DNA of 64,000 nucleotides from a virus (taxonomy: Duplodnaviria; Caudoviricetes): IMG/VR virus record IMGVR_UViG_3300030101_003968, positions 731-64,730 of that record; one strand, given 5' to 3'. Shown in pieces: positions 57,061-64,000 of this stretch (the stretch's first letter is position 1; the number at the start of each line of letters is the position of its first letter). The notes beneath the pieces are model-generated. The model had not been told where the DNA came from and made no database searches. It was given only the letters and a program-made list of their open reading frames with translations. A program made the position numbers and the translations under genes.

Positions 57061-57349
57061 CCCCTACTGCCTCAGCTTGCTTGGCCTTCTTTTCGGCACG
57101 TCGTGCCTTGGCAGCCTCGCTGTGAGGGTTGTACACTGAACAACATGGCTTGCCATTCTTGCTCATGAAGAGCTTGAAGTAGGCCTTGCCGCCCTTGCCG
57201 TCCTCTTGGACCTTGGAGGCGTAGTTGTTGATCACATCTTGGAGTTCGTCAACAGTCATGCTGAAACTCCAGTTACCGAGCTCGCCTTCGTAGTAGCGAG
57301 GTTCGTCCACGTATCCAACGAGGACTGAATCATATTGCTTATCGCTCAT
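57044..57349 (-). CDS. putative ssDNA-binding protein
   Basis: Acidic DDLPF C-terminus; next to recombination genes. Confidence 0.55.
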   Translation of the reverse strand: MSDKQYDSVLVGYVDEPRYYEGELGNWSFSMTVDELQDVINNYASKVQEDGKGGKAYFKLFMSKNGKPCCSVYNPHSEAAKARRAEKKAKQAEAVGDDLPF

Positions 57350-57421
57350 GAGAATAAAAAATTAGTTATGGTGTAATGAAATGAAAGGAATACGGTGGTG
57401 TACCAAACCACCTTCCATGAT

Positions 57422-58192
57422 TTATACAATAAATTCTGCATAGTGTTTGTCTGATTGTCTGTCGCCATCGAGCCATGCGTTGATGTTCTCTACGGCTTCG
57501 TGAAACTTCATCTCTCCTTTAAAGAGAGTTTCTTCTGAGCACTTGACGTCGGCAGGGAAGTATGGGAATGTCTTCTCTTGCACGACCCAGTAGAAGTCTT
57601 TGATGTCAAAGACCTTGGTGTAAATGTACGCTTGGATGTCATAGCTCCAACCGCTTACGTCCCACTTAAACTTGTTAATACCACGGGAAGACTTGGAGTC
57701 AATGATGCAATCGTCTTGCAGGCAGTCCAAGAATCCCTTCAATGGAATGCCATCTAGGTCAACATTGAACTCTACCTGATACTTGCCTCCAGCAAATCGC
57801 TTGTCATACAAGCCACTCACCTTCAGACGCTCGATCATCTCTTCCGCTGTTTTCCACTCCTCCGTGCTGACCAGTTCCTTGTCCGCGTTCTGCGTTGTCT
57901 GGAGTGCTTCCGCTTTCCATTCACGGTACTTCTTCGTATTTCTAGGATTGCGGCCACCAATAGTAGCGACGATATCAGAATCGTCAAGGCAATAGAAGCG
58001 GTCTCTAACATTGTCTGGTTCAAATAGCATCATGTCATACAATGAGCCAAAGGTCAGAGCCTGTGACTCCTTCTTGAGTTGTCCTCGCATGTACATTTCC
58101 CAGAGACGCATGTCTCCGAGTGCATACTTGAGAGAGGAGTAAGAGAGGTGGGGCTTGCCCACGCTCTCCGTCAACCTGTCGCGCATGTTCAT
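57422..58192 (-). CDS. RecE/DUF3799-like PD-(D/E)XK exonuclease
   Basis: LSYSSLK...FGS......E...KGFLD...IIDSKS...Y.IQAY.Y. Confidence 0.75.
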   Translation of the reverse strand: MNMRDRLTESVGKPHLSYSSLKYALGDMRLWEMYMRGQLKKESQALTFGSLYDMMLFEPDNVRDRFYCLDDSDIVATIGGRNPRNTKKYREWKAEALQTTQNADKELVSTEEWKTAEEMIERLKVSGLYDKRFAGGKYQVEFNVDLDGIPLKGFLDCLQDDCIIDSKSSRGINKFKWDVSGWSYDIQAYIYTKVFDIKDFYWVVQEKTFPYFPADVKCSEETLFKGEMKFHEAVENINAWLDGDRQSDKHYAEFIV

Positions 58193-58743
58193 CGCACGAA
58201 CTTCTTGAGACCCGCTACCTGCTTCTCAGTCAGCTGGTCCCCGTACTTCTTTGTGATGGACTCAAAGGCCTTTCGCTTGTCTGACTGACCCTTGATGTAT
58301 GCAACTGCTTTGTCCATGATGTTCTCGACTGGCGCATCGAGTTTCTTGCTAAGCTTTTGAACGTGAGGGTTCTCAACGATGGCTTGTTGCTTTGCGATTG
58401 CGTCTTCGACTTCATTAGCCGACGCAATAGACGTGTCGATTCCGATTCCGAGCATTGCCAAAGCTCGTCCGACTGCGGATGTCTCACAGTTTTCAATGTA
58501 GCTTGTTTTGTTAATGTTGGAAGACCCTTGCACCTCGTGTGCATGGCCCTGAGCGATTACCTCACCGCTTGTATTTGTGATCGTGCACTTGCAAAGGCAT
58601 TGAGTGCCATCAAGCATGTTGATGTCGGTGTGTATACCCCACCCATCATACTTATTTTCCTGTCGAAAGAACTTGATGCGTTCGTTGACTTCAACGTACT
58701 GCTTGCCACGAATGTTCGTGGTCTTGAACTTGTAATTAGACAT
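58189..58743 (-). CDS. putative ssDNA-annealing recombinase (Rad52/Sak-like)
   Basis: IRGKQYVEVNERI...ENCETSAVGRALA.LGIG; adjacent to exonuclease. Confidence 0.6.
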   Translation of the reverse strand: MSNYKFKTTNIRGKQYVEVNERIKFFRQENKYDGWGIHTDINMLDGTQCLCKCTITNTSGEVIAQGHAHEVQGSSNINKTSYIENCETSAVGRALAMLGIGIDTSIASANEVEDAIAKQQAIVENPHVQKLSKKLDAPVENIMDKAVAYIKGQSDKRKAFESITKKYGDQLTEKQVAGLKKFVR

Positions 58744-58746
58744 GTA

Positions 58747-59217
58747 TTAAATTGTTGATTCGTTGTGCAAGATAGCCATTTTCCTCTTCTTATCCAAGGA
58801 TTCAATGAATCCATCTCGTCTTTTTTGTAGTGCAATGATGGTGCTGTTGAGGGCGTCAATCTCGTGCTCGTATGAGGACAGAGCTTTGCCTTGCCCGTTA
58901 ACCCTGGGCAGTAGATGATGCCTTCGTGCAAACTTCTCAACCACACCCAATGCGACTGCGTAGTTCTGTCGATACTTCGGGGAGTAGTTGTAGTACACCT
59001 CGTGTTCACGACAAATGTGGATAGCGGTTGTATGATTGGTTTTGCCCACCATCTCGGCAAGCTGTCTGGTTGTCCCGTATGGACGGGCGGCATTTACGAG
59101 AGCGTTGCGAAGCTCTACCTTTTCTCTCCGCCTGTTGTCGGGCTCAAGGTACTCGCCCACCTCGTACTCGTAGGCAATGCGTATGTTTTTTAGTATCTGT
59201 TCAATATCAGTTTTCAT
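58747..59217 (-). CDS. DnaA domain IV-like HTH protein
   Basis: R.R..V..R...LAEMVGKTNHTTAIH resembles DnaA GRDHTTVIH. Confidence 0.55.
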   Translation of the reverse strand: MKTDIEQILKNIRIAYEYEVGEYLEPDNRRREKVELRNALVNAARPYGTTRQLAEMVGKTNHTTAIHICREHEVYYNYSPKYRQNYAVALGVVEKFARRHHLLPRVNGQGKALSSYEHEIDALNSTIIALQKRRDGFIESLDKKRKMAILHNESTI

Positions 59218-59581
59218 GGATTAGGGAGTTTGCCATGCGTTGGACGTCGATGTAGCATAGCAACGACCTCATTATGTCGGTCATGCCATTACGCATGGCG
59301 GTTACACATTCCGTGGGATCGAGCGTAAAGTTCTGCTCGATGCCTAGCTGTTCTAGTTCTTGTTCTTGTGCGAACATGGTGGTGAAACTATCCACTAGCT
59401 CCTGTGAGATTTCTTCTGATACCTCCAGGTATGTGTGGACAATAGTCTCGGGTGGCAATTCAAGCCAGGTCTCAAACCCGTGCTCGTTGATGTCAGCTTT
59501 TATCATCCCGAGGGCTGAGGTCTCTGCCTTCGTCCCGTTGAGATACTTTTCCATCCAGTCCATCACTTCTTTCTCCGTCAT
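59207..59581 (-). CDS. hypothetical acidic protein
   Basis: 124-aa ORF. Confidence 0.6.
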   Translation of the reverse strand: MTEKEVMDWMEKYLNGTKAETSALGMIKADINEHGFETWLELPPETIVHTYLEVSEEISQELVDSFTTMFAQEQELEQLGIEQNFTLDPTECVTAMRNGMTDIMRSLLCYIDVQRMANSLIHEN

Positions 59582-59679
59582 TCTGTCTTAGTTTTTGTAG
59601 TTCACGTTCCATTAGTCTGCGTCTTGAGCGGGCGCTACCGCCTTCGCCTTTGGCTAGGTTGCGAAGAAACCTCGTGTAC

Positions 59680-60060
59680 TTATCCATACACCTTGCGTTT
59701 GTTGGTTACCATGATTTTGAATTTTCTGCCATCAGCGTTGTTGGTATTGTCGGTAAACCAGTGGGGGTTCTTCCGTGGGTTGTACTTGTAGTGCTCCATG
59801 CGATTCAAAGAGGGTACCGAATCTACGACAACAACCTCTTCACATGCAACCCAAGCGCAAACTGTTTTATTATCTCCGTTAAAAATTTTTTTCGCAGTAG
59901 ATGGCTGATTGCCTAACATGCAGTTACGCATAATTATACTGCGCGTCTCAGGATCGTGGTAATCCTTGGTGTTTTTCTGCTTGTCGAACACCTGCCATTG
60001 CATGAAGTGGTCACCCTTGGCTAGGTGGAAACGGACTCTGTATCTCTTTAAGTTTTTCAT
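59680..60060 (-). CDS. hypothetical phage protein (VRFHLAKG..FM.WQV...KTVCAWV)
   Basis: 126-aa ORF. Confidence 0.7.
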   Translation of the reverse strand: MKNLKRYRVRFHLAKGDHFMQWQVFDKQKNTKDYHDPETRSIIMRNCMLGNQPSTAKKIFNGDNKTVCAWVACEEVVVVDSVPSLNRMEHYKYNPRKNPHWFTDNTNNADGRKFKIMVTNKRKVYG

Positions 60061-60205
60061 TTTGCATCATTAGTCTTTGTTTTGCTTCGTAGTCACGCAA
60101 CATGCAGTCAAGTATCATTGCGTCGTTTGGGTTGCGCTCCTTCTCATACCTCTGCATCATCTTGCATATTCGCTCTTGGAGCATGGTCATGTATTCGTCA
60201 GTCAT
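60011..60205 (-). CDS. hypothetical protein (MTDEYM...)
   Basis: Coupled to upstream stop. Confidence 0.45.
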   Translation of the reverse strand: MTDEYMTMLQERICKMMQRYEKERNPNDAMILDCMLRDYEAKQRLMMQNEKLKEIQSPFPPSQG

Positions 60206-60785
60206 TCTTCTTTTCTTCTTGGTCGTCAACCCCGTGGATGCGGCACTCGAACTTGTTGTCTGCACACAGGGTCTTGAGGCAGTCTACAACCCACTCTTCG
60301 TCACTGTTGTCAACGGCCTTGCTACGTAGGTGGTCAAGGTCAAGCTCATCGCTGAGGTCAAAGTACTTGGTGAAGTTCACCTCGAACCCGCCTGTATATC
60401 CAGTCTCATTGATTTCGATGTCAGTTGCATTGTCAAGCTCATCGCAAACATTGCCCGCACCATACGCCATACCCTCGCGGAAGATGGCGATGGCTACTGC
60501 CTTGGGGATGACGGGCATAGTAGGGGTGTCTTTCTGCTCGCGCAGTTGCTTGATGGTGGCGGCATCGCCCACCATGTCGGAACTCATGTCCGCAATTCGC
60601 TCCTCTAGTAACTTAACCTGAGCTTGTAGGGTTTGCTCACGGCCTGTCTGCTCGGAGTACTGCTTCTTAGCCATCTCTTGACGGAACTCCATCGACTCGA
60701 TGGTTTCTTTGGCAGAGGAGATAGCGTTCTCTGCGTAGCGGATAGCCGCGTTAAGCTCGTTCTTGGATTCTTGTGCTGAATTCAT
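60198..60785 (-). CDS. hypothetical coiled-coil/acidic protein
   Basis: 195-aa ORF. Confidence 0.65.
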   Translation of the reverse strand: MNSAQESKNELNAAIRYAENAISSAKETIESMEFRQEMAKKQYSEQTGREQTLQAQVKLLEERIADMSSDMVGDAATIKQLREQKDTPTMPVIPKAVAIAIFREGMAYGAGNVCDELDNATDIEINETGYTGGFEVNFTKYFDLSDELDLDHLRSKAVDNSDEEWVVDCLKTLCADNKFECRIHGVDDQEEKKND

Positions 60786-60976
60786 GGGTTGATGGGTTTT
60801 TTGAGTTTGAGTTTTAATTGTTCTGCCGCATAGTTGATGTGTCGCTGGGTTGTAACTGACACAATACCAGGTAGTTGCTGTAAGTTACCCCCCTGGATTG
60901 TAGCCACAGGTGTGCCGTAACTACACACCTTGTTGCCCACCACCCACAGGTTCTTGGTGAATCGTGGGAATCTCAT
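60782..60976 (-). CDS. small early protein (SYGTPVA...SVTTQRHIN family)
   Basis: Likely start MRFPRF overlapping upstream stop. Confidence 0.6.
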   Translation of the reverse strand: MRFPRFTKNLWVVGNKVCSYGTPVATIQGGNLQQLPGIVSVTTQRHINYAAEQLKLKLKKPINP

Positions 60977-61293
60977 GCTTGGTAGATGAATGAGAAGTGT
61001 TCTGTGATTGCCCTGCCGTAGCGGGTGTGAAACCCATAGCTGTGTGTGCCTACCATTGGTTCGTTGGCAAGTACGAAGCGAAGGACTTTCCACTCGTCAA
61101 GCTCAAAGGCGGATGCGGTTTCCTGTGTTGCTTCGAGGAGCATGCACGGATCGTGACGCATGTCTTGTCCAAGGTCAATCTCGATGTAGTCTTGTATGTC
61201 TTTACTAGTCATTGGTGTTTCGATTTGGTCAGGCAGTTCTGCCCAGTGTTGCTTGAGATGAGCGCTCCATTCTTCATTCGTCATTGTCTTCAA
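60973..61293 (-). CDS. hypothetical early protein
   Basis: 106-aa ORF. Confidence 0.55.
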   Translation of the reverse strand: MKTMTNEEWSAHLKQHWAELPDQIETPMTSKDIQDYIEIDLGQDMRHDPCMLLEATQETASAFELDEWKVLRFVLANEPMVGTHSYGFHTRYGRAITEHFSFIYQA

Positions 61294-61486
61294 TTTTTAT
61301 CCAGTTAATAATAAATTCTTCTAGGTCGAAGGTCAAGTTCTCCATGTCGCTGTGAAGTATCACCTCTGCTTGGTCAACGAGTAGCTTGTATAGTGCTGTG
61401 TAAGCACCAGAGTCATTGAGAACATTGCTGATGTCAACCATCAACGCGCGTTGTTTGGCTTCAGAAAATTCAGATATGTTTTTCAT
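61274..61486 (-). CDS. hypothetical early protein
   Basis: 70-aa acidic ORF. Confidence 0.55.
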   Translation of the reverse strand: MKNISEFSEAKQRALMVDISNVLNDSGAYTALYKLLVDQAEVILHSDMENLTFDLEEFIINWIKIEDNDE

Positions 61487-61662
61487 TGTATGTTGTCGTT
61501 GTAAAGGTTTGAAAGGTCTTCGTACAGCTCCATCAGGTGCTGTTGCACGTCGAAGTCAGGTGTGTCTTGTAGCTCCATGTACTCTTGCATCCTGTCCATG
61601 AACACACATCCCACTGCGGCGGCAATAGCTGTTCCGTTTGTTCTTTCGAATTTGTTAGTCAT
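61483..61662 (-). CDS. hypothetical early protein (MTNKFERTNG...)
   Basis: Coupled start. Confidence 0.55.
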   Translation of the reverse strand: MTNKFERTNGTAIAAAVGCVFMDRMQEYMELQDTPDFDVQQHLMELYEDLSNLYNDNIQ

Positions 61663-61822
61663 TGTCTTCAAAGTATTCGTTGTATAGGTCTTCGATGTAT
61701 TCGTCTGATTCAAATCCAAGCGACTCATAGATGTACTCATAGAGGCTCTCGTACATGGTCTTGTGGTCCATGTTCTGCACTACGGCATCGACGTAGCGTT
61801 CAATCTTTTCTTCACGAGTCAT
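61655..61822 (-). CDS. 55-aa very acidic, Tyr-rich early protein (MTREEKIERYVD...YFEDND)
   Basis: Read manually; fills the gap between neighbours. Confidence 0.6.
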   Translation of the reverse strand: MTREEKIERYVDAVVQNMDHKTMYESLYEYIYESLGFESDEYIEDLYNEYFEDND

Positions 61823-61829
61823 AGCTGTT

Positions 61830-62396
61830 TTAGTTTTTGGGTTTGGGGATACGGAAAGCGTGCATTGAGTAGTCGTCTACGTCGATGAATGCGTGGTTAC
61901 CCATGTACACACTATGGATGAAATCTGTCAGTTGTTCAAGGTTGTCGATGGCATCCGTGGTGGTGTCCATCACATCGGAGGACACACGAGCTACCAAGGA
62001 CATACACAAGGGGGTGTAGTCCCATGCTTGGTCAGCTTCGAGTTGGTCCCACGTCAACCAACATGACTCGGTGGAGTCAGAGCGGTTGGACATATCAAGC
62101 TCGATGATTCGGAAAACCTCGACACTAACGTCGTCTCCGTTCTCTGCCACCCAGTCGTCGTGCTCCATGTCGAAGGGGACACAAGCGTGGTAGTCCTCGT
62201 AGTCACGAGTGAGGGTGACGTAGATGTCAAGCTCTCGGTGGTCGATGTTGACACACATCCTGTCCTGTCGGTAGTCCTTGAGTATGTCAAGGATGTGCTT
62301 GTCTGCAAGCCCCCGCTTGGGGAAGAACTCACAGGTGGTGTCGGAGTAGCCTTCAAAGAGGCCAGCTACCGCATGGATTACTGCGTACTGCTTCAT
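61830..62396 (-). CDS. hypothetical acidic early protein
   Basis: 188-aa ORF. Confidence 0.65.
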   Translation of the reverse strand: MKQYAVIHAVAGLFEGYSDTTCEFFPKRGLADKHILDILKDYRQDRMCVNIDHRELDIYVTLTRDYEDYHACVPFDMEHDDWVAENGDDVSVEVFRIIELDMSNRSDSTESCWLTWDQLEADQAWDYTPLCMSLVARVSSDVMDTTTDAIDNLEQLTDFIHSVYMGNHAFIDVDDYSMHAFRIPKPKN

Positions 62397-62620
62397 GATG
62401 AGAAAGGATTATTGTAAGTTTTTTCGATGATGAGGTCAGATGCCTCGTCGATGTTAGACAGGAGTGTGGCAAGGGGAGTCCTGCACTCGTGAACCCCTGA
62501 TACGTCTTTGCAACAGGCGTCCATCAGATTCAGGTTTAGATACTGAATGATGTGGTTGACCTTACCCAAGTCCTCTTGGATAGCTTCGGCAAGTTGCCGT
62601 GTGTTCATGTCTTGTAGCAT
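62393..62620 (-). CDS. hypothetical early protein
   Basis: 75-aa ORF preceded by TCAAACTTCAA motif. Confidence 0.6.
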   Translation of the reverse strand: MLQDMNTRQLAEAIQEDLGKVNHIIQYLNLNLMDACCKDVSGVHECRTPLATLLSNIDEASDLIIEKTYNNPFSS

Positions 62621-62659
62621 GATGGATTGAATTGAAGTTTGAAATTTGAAGTCGTATAA

Positions 62660-62715
62660 GTCTCTCTAACTATACACTCTTCATAAATGAAGAGAGTGTA
62701 TAGTAAGAGATACTA
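62660..62715. repeat. 56-nt hairpin repeat, copy B
   Basis: Identical to 1177-1232 except one compensatory pair. Confidence 0.9.
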
Positions 62716-62717
62716 GA

Positions 62718-62776
62718 TGGAGATGTTGAAGGAATCGAACCTTCGAGGATAACCTCCCTAATCCATAGGAACACCT
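62718..62776 (-). ncRNA. 59-nt miniature tRNA-like cloverleaf ending in CCA
   Basis: AGGUGUU CCUA-UGGAU-UAGG GAGG-UUAU-CCUC GAAGG-UUCGAUU-CCUUC AACAUCU CCA. Confidence 0.7.
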
Positions 62777-62817
62777 TGCGGGCTATGCCCCTCGTGAGTA
62801 GCTTTCTCACGACACAG

Positions 62818-62902
62818 AAGGGAGGAGGGGAATCGAACGCCTCGTGTACCCATCCGTTGTGCTTTGCCCGAAGTGCTTTGCCGTTGGATTGTACGCTCCC
62901 TT
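62818..62902 (-). ncRNA. 85-nt tRNA-like element (acceptor stem + T-arm, long central arm)
   Basis: AAGGGAG/CUCCCUU acceptor; GAGGCG-UUCGAUU-CCCCUC T-arm; central GUAC/AUCC stems with GGCAAAGCAC twice. Confidence 0.55.
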
Positions 62903-62911
62903 GAAAGAGTC

Positions 62912-62977
62912 GGGGGGAAGGTGTGACGTTTCACACCCAAAGAGAACCTTTGGTTGCATCCCGAAAGGCGTCCCCCC
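62912..62977 (-). ncRNA. putative three-way-junction RNA
   Basis: GGGGGGA/UCCCCCC closing stem; GCCUUUCGG/CCAAAGGU and GGUGUGA-AACG-UCACACC arms. Confidence 0.4.
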
Positions 62978-62989
62978 TATGGTCAAACT

Positions 62990-63133
62990 TCAATCAACCA
63001 AATCTTTCTGTTCGTTTTGCCACTTGTCGTGGGCTTTCTCTACGGCAGTGTTGAGAGCCTCTGCCTGTGCTCGGTCGATCGCCTGTCCCTGCATACGGGC
63101 AAGCTGAATAATTACGTTTACAATATCAGTCAT
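62990..63133 (-). CDS. small early protein (MTDIVNVIIQ...)
   Basis: Coupled start within track ORF 62990..63262. Confidence 0.55.
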   Translation of the reverse strand: MTDIVNVIIQLARMQGQAIDRAQAEALNTAVEKAHDKWQNEQKDLVD

Positions 63134-63305
63134 CGTCGTTGTTTCTGTCGTAAGGTCTGAGTTCAAAGCTAACATCCCATGTTGCTTCGCATTCTTCACA
63201 TTCGTAGTCGTAGTGCCACGCCTCCCCATCTGATTCAGAGTTGAGAAGGATTCCGTGACCACTGCACTTGTGGCAGGTTTCGTAGTTGATTACTTGCTTA
63301 TCCAT
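63126..63305 (-). CDS. small zinc-ribbon protein
   Basis: MDKQVINYETCHKC...YECEECEATW. Confidence 0.6.
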   Translation of the reverse strand: MDKQVINYETCHKCSGHGILLNSESDGEAWHYDYECEECEATWDVSFELRPYDRNNDDD

Positions 63306-63561
63306 TGTACTTGTCTTCGATTCGGTTGAGAGTTTCTTTGCAACAAGCCACCCACGCCTCCATGTTGATGAGTGAGATGCGTCCGCTTTCACGCATAGCT
63401 TCTGCTTCTTCGAGAATCATGTCCTCGTTTTCAATGTATTCATTGAGTCCCTTTTGAAGGCAGTCAATGATGACCATCTGCACGAGCGCCCCGTACTTGC
63501 TGTACCCCGTCATGAGGTGGCTGATGAACTCTTCGTTCGTCATGTCTTTGATGTTGTCCAT
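63298..63561 (-). CDS. hypothetical early protein (MDNIKDMTNEEFI..LMT.YSKYGAL.Q)
   Basis: Start preceded by TCAAACTTCAA motif. Confidence 0.65.
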   Translation of the reverse strand: MDNIKDMTNEEFISHLMTGYSKYGALVQMVIIDCLQKGLNEYIENEDMILEEAEAMRESGRISLINMEAWVACCKETLNRIEDKYNG

Positions 63562-63603
63562 TGGTATTGGATTTGAAGTTTGAAAATGTTGTTGAGAGGT
63601 GTT

Positions 63604-63644
63604 GTATATATCTCTCTTCACTACGTTCAGAGAGAGATATATAC
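63604..63644. repeat. 14-bp inverted repeat related to the 56-nt hairpin family
   Basis: gtatatatctctct / agagagatatatac; shares ctcttca...gagag...atacta with copies A and B. Confidence 0.75.
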
Positions 63645-63653
63645 TAACACTCT

Positions 63654-63845
63654 CTATGTTGGCTCGACTCCCCACCACTCAATCTCTTCGTCGTGGATTC
63701 GGAAGCTGACTGAATCTTCGAGGGCGTCGTTCCACACGCCGTCCAACCACACGCCGTGGTCGCCAGGCGCTCCCTGTATGTGGGAGGCACGGAAGCCAGA
63801 TTTTTGCAGTGCTTCGACTGCACGTTCGCATTGTTCTTGTGTCAT
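63654..63845 (-). CDS. hypothetical early protein
   Basis: 63-aa ORF. Confidence 0.6.
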   Translation of the reverse strand: MTQEQCERAVEALQKSGFRASHIQGAPGDHGVWLDGVWNDALEDSVSFRIHDEEIEWWGVEPT

Positions 63846-64000
63846 AGGTCAATGATTACGCCCTTCTTTTCAAGGGCTTCGATGATATACTCAGGAAGTT
63901 CGAAGCATCCGTCGTAGCCAACGAGAGCCACGGCTTCGTTCCCGTCTCCGTCTGATGTGTCGAGGGTTTCAAGTACACCTCCTGCATAGAAGCGGTCACC
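63842..64000 (-). CDS. partial early protein (...LVGYDGCFELPEYIIEALEKKG)
   Basis: Open frame running off the window edge; stop overlaps next ATG. Confidence 0.6.
   Translation of the reverse strand, partial: GDRFYAGGVLETLDTSDGDGNEAVALVGYDGCFELPEYIIEALEKKGVIIDL

Noticed and set aside
62777-62817. Possible HDV-like (theta) ribozyme 3' of the tRNA-like element
   Set aside because: Only two simple hairpins; I could not build the nested P1/P2/P3/P1.1 pseudoknot.
62758-63160. Track ORFs 62758..62940 (-), 62844..63107 (+) and 62954..63160 (+)
   Set aside because: They overlap the structured RNA cluster or a real - strand gene and have no plausible protein features.
1-64000. Stop-codon reassignment as in some crAss-like phages
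   Set aside because: Long ORFs are intact in the standard code with dense packing, and no suppressor tRNA is seen.

Overview
The window is most of a tailed dsDNA phage genome with podovirus-type, distantly crAss-like structural genes. The host is almost certainly a Bacteroidota (probably marine Flavobacteriales): there are many TAnnTTTG -7 promoter boxes, Q-rule signal peptides and a T9SS C-terminal domain. The + strand block (2.4-53.4 kb) carries an SLT, endolysin, GroES-like protein, two tRNA genes, terminase, portal, scaffold, major capsid, tail ring and muzzle proteins, ejection proteins (including a 2801-aa LPD38 polyvalent protein), a holin and a cell-surface cassette (T9SS cargo, beta-barrel, thioredoxin-like protein). 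The - strand block (53.4-64 kb and 1-1.7 kb, probably one early/replication module on a circularly permuted genome) carries a primase-helicase, nucleases, recombination proteins and many small early ORFs. The most striking signal is non-coding and lies in the early - strand region. It comprises a consensus type I hammerhead ribozyme with a pseudoknot, repeated long hairpins with a compensatory substitution, two tRNA-like RNAs and a recurrent UCAAACUUCAA leader motif. Together these suggest a multi-device RNA-processing system for the early transcript. All protein-family calls come from motif recognition by eye; no database searches were run.
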